Of a stretch of DNA of 64,000 nt, positions 59,410-64,000 are shown one piece after another. Position 1 is the first letter of the stretch. Each line of letters opens with the position of its first letter. The notes under the pieces were generated by a model. The model was given only the letters and a program-made list of their open reading frames with translations. It was not told the origin of the DNA and searched no databases. Source of the stretch: Pontiella sp. (GTDB lineage Bacteria > Verrucomicrobiota > Kiritimatiellia > Kiritimatiellales > Pontiellaceae); contig JBNKHE010000005.1 in assembly GCA_050290185.1 (NCBI GenBank), forward strand, positions 223,321 to 287,320, given 5' to 3'. A program made the translations under genes and the position numbers.

Positions 59410-59844
59410 TTAAAGCACGCCGCTGATATAACTTTCCAGATTCTTGATCTTAAAGTCCTTTTCGACAATCAGGTATTTAACCACGTCGCCAATGGATACA
59501 ATTCCGCAGAGTTGCTTGTCGCGAAGCACGGGCAGATGGCGGATCCGGTTTTCAGTCATAAGCTTCATACATTTATCCAGGGAGGTTTCCTGCGTAATGG
59601 TTGTAAGCTCTTCGGACATGATTTCCTTAACCGTGACATCATCGATATTCTTGCCTTGAAGCAATATCTTGCGGATGACATCACGCTCGGAAATAATTCC
59701 CACCACATTGCCGCCGTCCATGACCACAGATGTTCCGGCAGAAATCGCGGCCATCTGTTCAACCGCCTCACGCACGGTTTGATCGGGTTTCACGGTTAGC
59801 ACATCGTATCCTTTGGAATCGAGCAGATTTGAAACGGCACCCAT
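59410..59844 (-). CDS. CBS domain protein
   Basis: GIISERD, IRHLPV and GIVSIGDVVK. Confidence 0.92.
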   Translation of the reverse strand: MGAVSNLLDSKGYDVLTVKPDQTVREAVEQMAAISAGTSVVMDGGNVVGIISERDVIRKILLQGKNIDDVTVKEIMSEELTTITQETSLDKCMKLMTENRIRHLPVLRDKQLCGIVSIGDVVKYLIVEKDFKIKNLESYISGVL

Positions 59845-60001
59845 GGAATACCTCCTTGCAGTTATAGTTTACTTAACAACCATGTTTGACCTTCCCATTA
59901 TAGTCACCTTTTACTTCAGAGCAAGCTCTTCGAAAAATTTAGACCTTATTCAAACAGCCCCCGGGGCTTCCCTTCTTCGAGAATCCTCCTACAATGAAAA
60001 C

Positions 60002-60349
60002 ATGCATGAATTATCCCTAGCGCAGGCTATGGTCGAACAAATCGTAAAAGCGGCAGAACAGGAAAATGCCGCACGCGTTTTACGGATTGTTGTGGTCATT
60101 GGAGCCTATTCCGGCGTCGAAAGCGAAGCCTTCGAATTTGCATTCCCTTTCGCCTCGGAAAACACACTGGCCGAAGGTGCGGAACTGATTTTAGAGCATG
60201 TACCGGCGCATGCCCTTTGCAACCGGTGCGGTAGCGAGTTCTCTCCCCGGCCGCCGCAGATGGCCTGCGAGAAATGCGGATCCGATCAAATCACCCTGCA
60301 GGGCGGAAGAGAGTTTCTGATCCGCACCGTTGATCTCGAAATCCCATGA
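60002..60349 (+). CDS. hypA: Nickel metallochaperone HypA/HybF
   Basis: MHELS N-terminus, two CxxC motifs and GREF. Confidence 0.92.
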   Translation: MHELSLAQAMVEQIVKAAEQENAARVLRIVVVIGAYSGVESEAFEFAFPFASENTLAEGAELILEHVPAHALCNRCGSEFSPRPPQMACEKCGSDQITLQGGREFLIRTVDLEIP

Positions 60350-60733
60350 TTAAACCAGCTGGATGATCTTGTCGGCCACCAACGCTCCATCCAACCAGGT
60401 CATCAACCGCCAATTTCCCCGTTTGTCCTCGACCGGCGCCCAAACCGTGTCCCCCAGAAAGAAGCGGAAATCGTTGGTCTTTACATAAAGCTCCCCGTCG
60501 AATGCGGGAGCAACCGAACCGGACTCATCTTTAAAGGGGGGATGTTCGATACGGAAAGTGATCTTGCTATTTCTTGCGTTCCGGATCCGGAGAATATAAC
60601 CGAACTCAACATCCAGCGACGCCTCAATCTCGGTGGTGATCCTCACCAGATTCGGCAACTCCTTGCTCTCCCTGTCCCACCCGTCGTAAAGCCCGTAGCT
60701 ATGAATATCAACTTCTGTCTTCCGCTTCGCCAT
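60350..60733 (-). CDS. Conserved hypothetical protein (DUF3859-like)
   Basis: MAKRK...SYGLY..WD...EFG...FFLGDTVW. Confidence 0.7.
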   Translation of the reverse strand: MAKRKTEVDIHSYGLYDGWDRESKELPNLVRITTEIEASLDVEFGYILRIRNARNSKITFRIEHPPFKDESGSVAPAFDGELYVKTNDFRFFLGDTVWAPVEDKRGNWRLMTWLDGALVADKIIQLV

Positions 60734-60735
60734 AG

Positions 60736-61341
60736 TTAGATCTTCCGAAATGAACAACGACCGATTTCCTTGTGCGAGAAAATCAGTTCGAAATCTGTTC
60801 GCTCCTCGTCATCCGGCAGGAAAGACTCGATCTCTTCAAAGCGGCTATCCGCTTGAAGCAAGGCAAGGATTTCGGCGAAATAAGGGAGGTGGTCGGTCGC
60901 CACATGCAGACATCCTTGATCCTCCAACGTCCGGTGCAGGGCATCCATAAAAGGCGCATTGAACAGCCGGTTTTCCTCGTGCCGGGCCTTTGGCCAGGGA
61001 TCTGGAAAAAAGAAATAATAGTTGGCCACATAGGATGCGGGCATCAGCTGGCTGATGGCATAATACCCTTCCATGCGGAATACGCGGACATTCTCGCGGC
61101 CCGCCCTTTCGCACCGTCGGCCGCTGCTGTTGATCCGTCCAAGCTGGCGCTCGATTCCCAGAAAATTAACGTCTGGAAACTTGCCGGAGCGCGCCACCAA
61201 AAAACGTCCCTTTCCAGAGCCGATATCCACTTCCAGCGGATGCCCGGGATGCGGAAAACTCGCCTTGAAATCAACCGGATCGATCCAGTTTTCGGGGATA
61301 ATTCGTAATGCTGTCTTTTTTTTTCTACCCATGGGATGCAT
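60736..61341 (-). CDS. trmB: tRNA (guanine-N7) methyltransferase
   Basis: DIGSGKG, FPDPWPKARH, ATD and TDFE. Confidence 0.92.
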   Translation of the reverse strand: MHPMGRKKKTALRIIPENWIDPVDFKASFPHPGHPLEVDIGSGKGRFLVARSGKFPDVNFLGIERQLGRINSSGRRCERAGRENVRVFRMEGYYAISQLMPASYVANYYFFFPDPWPKARHEENRLFNAPFMDALHRTLEDQGCLHVATDHLPYFAEILALLQADSRFEEIESFLPDDEERTDFELIFSHKEIGRCSFRKI

Positions 61342-61381
61342 AGTGTTTGCGTTTAACTGAGAGGAGCGCAAGAAAATCCAT

Positions 61382-61531
61382 ATGGGAATCTCAGATCGAG
61401 ACTATATGCGCGAACCCGTGAAGCAGCATGAACCACCGAAGCCCAAGGTGCGGATCCGGAAGGCGGACAATAAACCGTCGATCTTCAAGCGACTTCGCTT
61501 CTGGCTTTGGAACCTGACCCACAAAGACTGA
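61382..61531 (+). CDS. Small protein (49 aa) with MGISDRDYMR N-terminus
   Basis: Manual translation MGISDRDYMREPVKQHEPPKPKVRIRKADNKPSIFKRLRFWLWNLTHKD; below the ORF-track length cutoff. Confidence 0.55.
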   Translation: MGISDRDYMREPVKQHEPPKPKVRIRKADNKPSIFKRLRFWLWNLTHKD

Positions 61532-61657
61532 TACCGGGCACGAGGGCGCTTGACAGCATAAAAGAAGACAACAAAATATCCGAACGATATACACCGAATC
61601 AGGTCGATGATTACATGGTATCCGGATATGCAACAAGCAATACATAGGGAGTTCAAC

Positions 61658-62143
61658 ATGAATAAAAGCTTTATACTACTGGGAATTCTGCTGGCGGTTT
61701 CGACTGCCGACGCGCGCCTCGGCGAATCCATTGAGCAATGCCGTGCCCGCTATGGCGAACCCAAACGGGTCACCCTGAACGACGATCTGACGGGCATCGC
61801 CACCTACAGCAAGAATGACCTGTCCATTACCATCCACTATTACAATGGCAAGGCCGACCTCATCCGCTACAGCCCAGGGCTGGTTTCCACTGTCGATCTG
61901 GACCTCGCCAAATATCTGCTGAAGCTCAACGGCCGCACCAAGGAATGGGAGCAACTGACCAAAACCGAAATTGTTCTGAACGATATTCAGGACGAGAATG
62001 CGCAATACCCGCGGGTAGAGCTGGTTGACCCTATTCTCTGGAAATCAAAAGACGGCATTCTCGATGCCAGCTTCTCCGTCAGCAAAGGCATTTTTGAGAT
62101 GAAAGCCAGCACGTATCAGGACAAGATCAAGCAGGGACTGTAA
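61658..62143 (+). CDS. Exported hypothetical protein
   Basis: GGGAG RBS, signal peptide ending ADA, host-like codon usage. Confidence 0.8.
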   Translation: MNKSFILLGILLAVSTADARLGESIEQCRARYGEPKRVTLNDDLTGIATYSKNDLSITIHYYNGKADLIRYSPGLVSTVDLDLAKYLLKLNGRTKEWEQLTKTEIVLNDIQDENAQYPRVELVDPILWKSKDGILDASFSVSKGIFEMKASTYQDKIKQGL

Positions 62144-62228
62144 GCCCTTTATCCCCCTCATGGGATACGGTGAAGCCGTTGGTTTTCACCCCGTTTTTCA
62201 CTGTTGATAAAAAGTTGGCTGACAACCC

Positions 62229-62257
62229 TTGACGTAGCCGCAGGTGCCCGCTACCTT
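62229..62257 (+). promoter_or_regulatory. Sigma-70-like tRNA promoter
   Basis: TTGACG-N17-TACCTT. Confidence 0.7.
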
Positions 62258-62279
62258 ATGCGCTCGTTTATACGAAAAA

Positions 62280-62353
62280 GCGGGCGTAGTTCAATGGTAG
62301 AACCCCAGCCTTCCAAGCTGGTTACGACAGTTCGAATCTGTTCGCCCGCTCCA
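62280..62353 (+). tRNA. tRNA-Gly (TCC)
   Basis: Acceptor GCGGGCG/CGCCCGC, anticodon arm CCAGC-CTTCCAA-GCTGG, discriminator T plus CCA. Confidence 0.95.
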
Positions 62354-62359
62354 TTTTCG

Positions 62360-62393
62360 AAGGGCCTTTTCTTTTAGGAAAGGCCCTTTTTTA
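62360..62393 (+). terminator. tRNA-Gly terminator
   Basis: AAGGGCCTTT...AAAGGCCCTT followed by TTTT. Confidence 0.85.
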
Positions 62394-62966
62394 TTGGGTA
62401 AAATCTGACATTTGTTAAATACCCACCCTACTTTATGACTTAAGAGAAGAAGAGCATGAGTTGGCCGCCAGATCCTAACCACACTTTGCATTTCGCTCCA
62501 TATCCAATGGAGGGTGTGGAGACCGCGGAGGGTAAAAACAGCATTCATGATTTTTTTGCGGGTCAAAATAAATCCGTTATCCCCTTTGATTTATCGATGA
62601 ACTTCAGAATAGGGTTCCACACCCACAACAGTCTCCATTGGTAGAGTAAAAGCATCGGAGCAAATCAAGCGGACTCCTTGCCTAATCCAAATCCTTGTTC
62701 ATGACGTGGGTGTAGATTTTCACGTCTTTACGTCGAAGGGGCCTATTCGCGTTCAGATTGATATGACTCTTTGAGATACGTAAGCACGACCGGGAATTTT
62801 TGCGTATATATAAAGAAAGTGCATAATTAAATTTTTATGTCACGGGCAAATCCATTATCACTTTTAAGTGTAATGCAGAATCATGACTTAGGTCTCCAGA
62901 TAAGATTAGGTCTTTGACCAAGGGCGGTAGCGTGCCGGGATGGATTCATTTTCCATTTTTACCCCT

Positions 62967-63129
62967 TTAATATGGTCATATGTGGAAAATAAACAAGGAG
63001 CCGGCCATATGTGGAAAAATAAACCGCCGATTTTCCATGTTTGGCCCATTAATACGGTCATATGCGGAAAATATTTCTACCCTATAGGGTGATATGACGG
63101 AATATTTTCTATATATGACACTGTTCGAT
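62967..63129 (+). other. attI-like region: direct repeats GGYCATATGYGGAAAAT ending in core GTTCGAT
   Basis: Repeats at 62974, 63003 and 63056, degenerate at 63088; GTTCGAT (63123-63129) is complementary to ATCGAAC starting the first attC. Confidence 0.6.
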
Positions 63130-63136
63130 TAATAGA

Positions 63137-63442
63137 ATGACTGTACCAACTAAGAAAATTAAACCACTGGATCTAACTGGCAGAAAGGAATCTGTTCAAC
63201 TCATTCTTATTGGTTTAGCAATGACCATTATCACCACTATATCAGGGGTCTATTATCTGCCCAAAGTCATCAAAGAGGGGCGAATGGTTAATTTCAAGGG
63301 AGCATACATTCCCGAATATTGCGAAACAGGCATGATTGTCTTTGTCATGATAGTATTTGGATTAATCCTGATAACCAGAGGAATAATTGGGTACAGGAAA
63401 TATAAAAAGGAATCGAACCAGGGCATGGACCCTACCCGGTAA
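63137..63442 (+). CDS. Cassette 1: two-TM membrane protein
   Basis: Two hydrophobic segments; the stop codon lies inside attC. Confidence 0.8.
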   Translation: MTVPTKKIKPLDLTGRKESVQLILIGLAMTIITTISGVYYLPKVIKEGRMVNFKGAYIPEYCETGMIVFVMIVFGLILITRGIIGYRKYKKESNQGMDPTR

Positions 63443-63501
63443 AACGCACAATTTTCATGCCTGATGTTTTATTCCCGGGCGGGTCACACCAAACGTTGGC
63501 A
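63412..63501 (+). repeat. attC site 1
   Basis: ATCGAAC-CAGGGCATGGACC...GGTCACACCAAAC-GTTGGCA; imperfect palindrome homologous to attC 2. Confidence 0.88.
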
Positions 63502-63512
63502 GGAGATAATAT

Positions 63513-63737
63513 ATGGATAAACTGACACCAGAAGAAGCCTACAAAGCAATGTATTCATTTCTGGATGACTATTGGGAAATTACAAAGTCAGATGCCCTTG
63601 GTTCATTACTAGGCAGCATGTCTCTTCTGAACGACGGAAAACCTGCAGACTCGGCAATATGGGATGAATGGATGGAAGCAATTCAGAAATCCCAATCAAA
63701 TCAAGTGGATGCGAAACTAACACTCGGGAAGAAATAA
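63513..63737 (+). CDS. Cassette 2: small acidic protein (immunity-protein-like)
   Basis: AGGAG RBS; LT.EEAYKAM..FL..YW and D.A.W.EW motifs. Confidence 0.75.
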   Translation: MDKLTPEEAYKAMYSFLDDYWEITKSDALGSLLGSMSLLNDGKPADSAIWDEWMEAIQKSQSNQVDAKLTLGKK

Positions 63738-63738
63738 C

Positions 63739-63827
63739 TGCCAACCAGGGCATGGACCTTACGCGGGAAAACGCACAATCTTCGTGTCAAAGTTTATGTC
63801 CCGCGCAGGTCACACCAAACGTTGGAA
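63739..63827 (+). repeat. attC site 2
   Basis: TGCCAAC (complement of the preceding GTTGGCA)-CAGGGCATGGACC...GGTCACACCAAAC-GTTGGAA. Confidence 0.88.
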
Positions 63828-63836
63828 ATTAAAAAT

Positions 63837-64000
63837 ATGAACAATCCCATTACAGGAAGCTGTTTGTGCGGTGAAATTAAATACTCAATTCATGGCACGA
63901 TCAAAAATGCTCTAAACTGTCATTGCACTATGTGCAGAAAAGCTACGGGAGCAGCGTTCAGAACAAGAGCTGAAGTAAATACCAAAGACCTAGTTTGGGA
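63837..64000 (+). CDS. Cassette 3: GFA (CENP-V/glutathione-dependent formaldehyde-activating) family protein, truncated by window
   Basis: Manual translation MNNPITGSCLCGEIKY...NCHCTMCRKATG. Confidence 0.9.
   Translation, partial: MNNPITGSCLCGEIKYSIHGTIKNALNCHCTMCRKATGAAFRTRAEVNTKDLVW

Larger units (their letters stand above)
63123..64000 (+). mobile_element. Integron gene-cassette array (continues beyond the window)
   Basis: AT-rich short co-oriented ORFs separated by two homologous attC sites with matching cores. Confidence 0.88.

Noticed and set aside
62291..62566. Minus-strand 91-aa ORF as a remnant integrase
   Set aside because: It overlaps tRNA-Gly and its terminator and has no tyrosine recombinase motifs.
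62967..63110. CRISPR mini-array
   Set aside because: Irregular spacing (29, 53 and 32 bp), degenerate and partly inverted copies; an attI-like reading fits better.

Overview
This window looks like a Gram-negative PVC-type bacterial chromosome segment (possibly Kiritimatiellota/Verrucomicrobia; the taxonomy is my inference) with three parts. (1) Bases 1 to about 9.7 kb, all on the minus strand, are the right arm of an apparently integrated tailless, PM2/corticovirus-like (double jelly-roll) virus. It has an RHH regulator with three palindromic operators and a train of tiny early genes joined by a repeated stop-RBS-start linker, including two degenerate MazG-like paralogues. It also has a PPC-motif methyltransferase-like gene carrying a phased 21-bp array, a Dam-like methylase, a Rep_trans rolling-circle initiator with an internal origin-like hairpin, SSB, an FtsK/HerA-type packaging ATPase, small membrane proteins, and the N-terminus of a probable major capsid protein cut by the window edge. 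No integrase is visible, but a XerC-arm-like sequence lies at the boundary. (2) About 10-62.4 kb is host DNA: argS, mcsA-mcsB-clpC, ilvE, glmM, gltA, rpsN, rpmB, hemW, rpsB-tsf, aroK, hrpA, trmB, hypA, tRNA-Met and tRNA-Gly. It includes two sigma-54-promoted operons (a lipid remodelling-like operon and an ATP-grasp/alpha-E/transglutaminase operon) and several REP-like palindromes, one pair inserted in frame in hrpA. (3) About 62.4-64 kb, after tRNA-Gly, is the AT-rich start of an integron cassette array with an attI-like repeat region, two attC sites and three cassettes, but no adjacent intI. All protein assignments come from motif recognition by eye; no searches were run.
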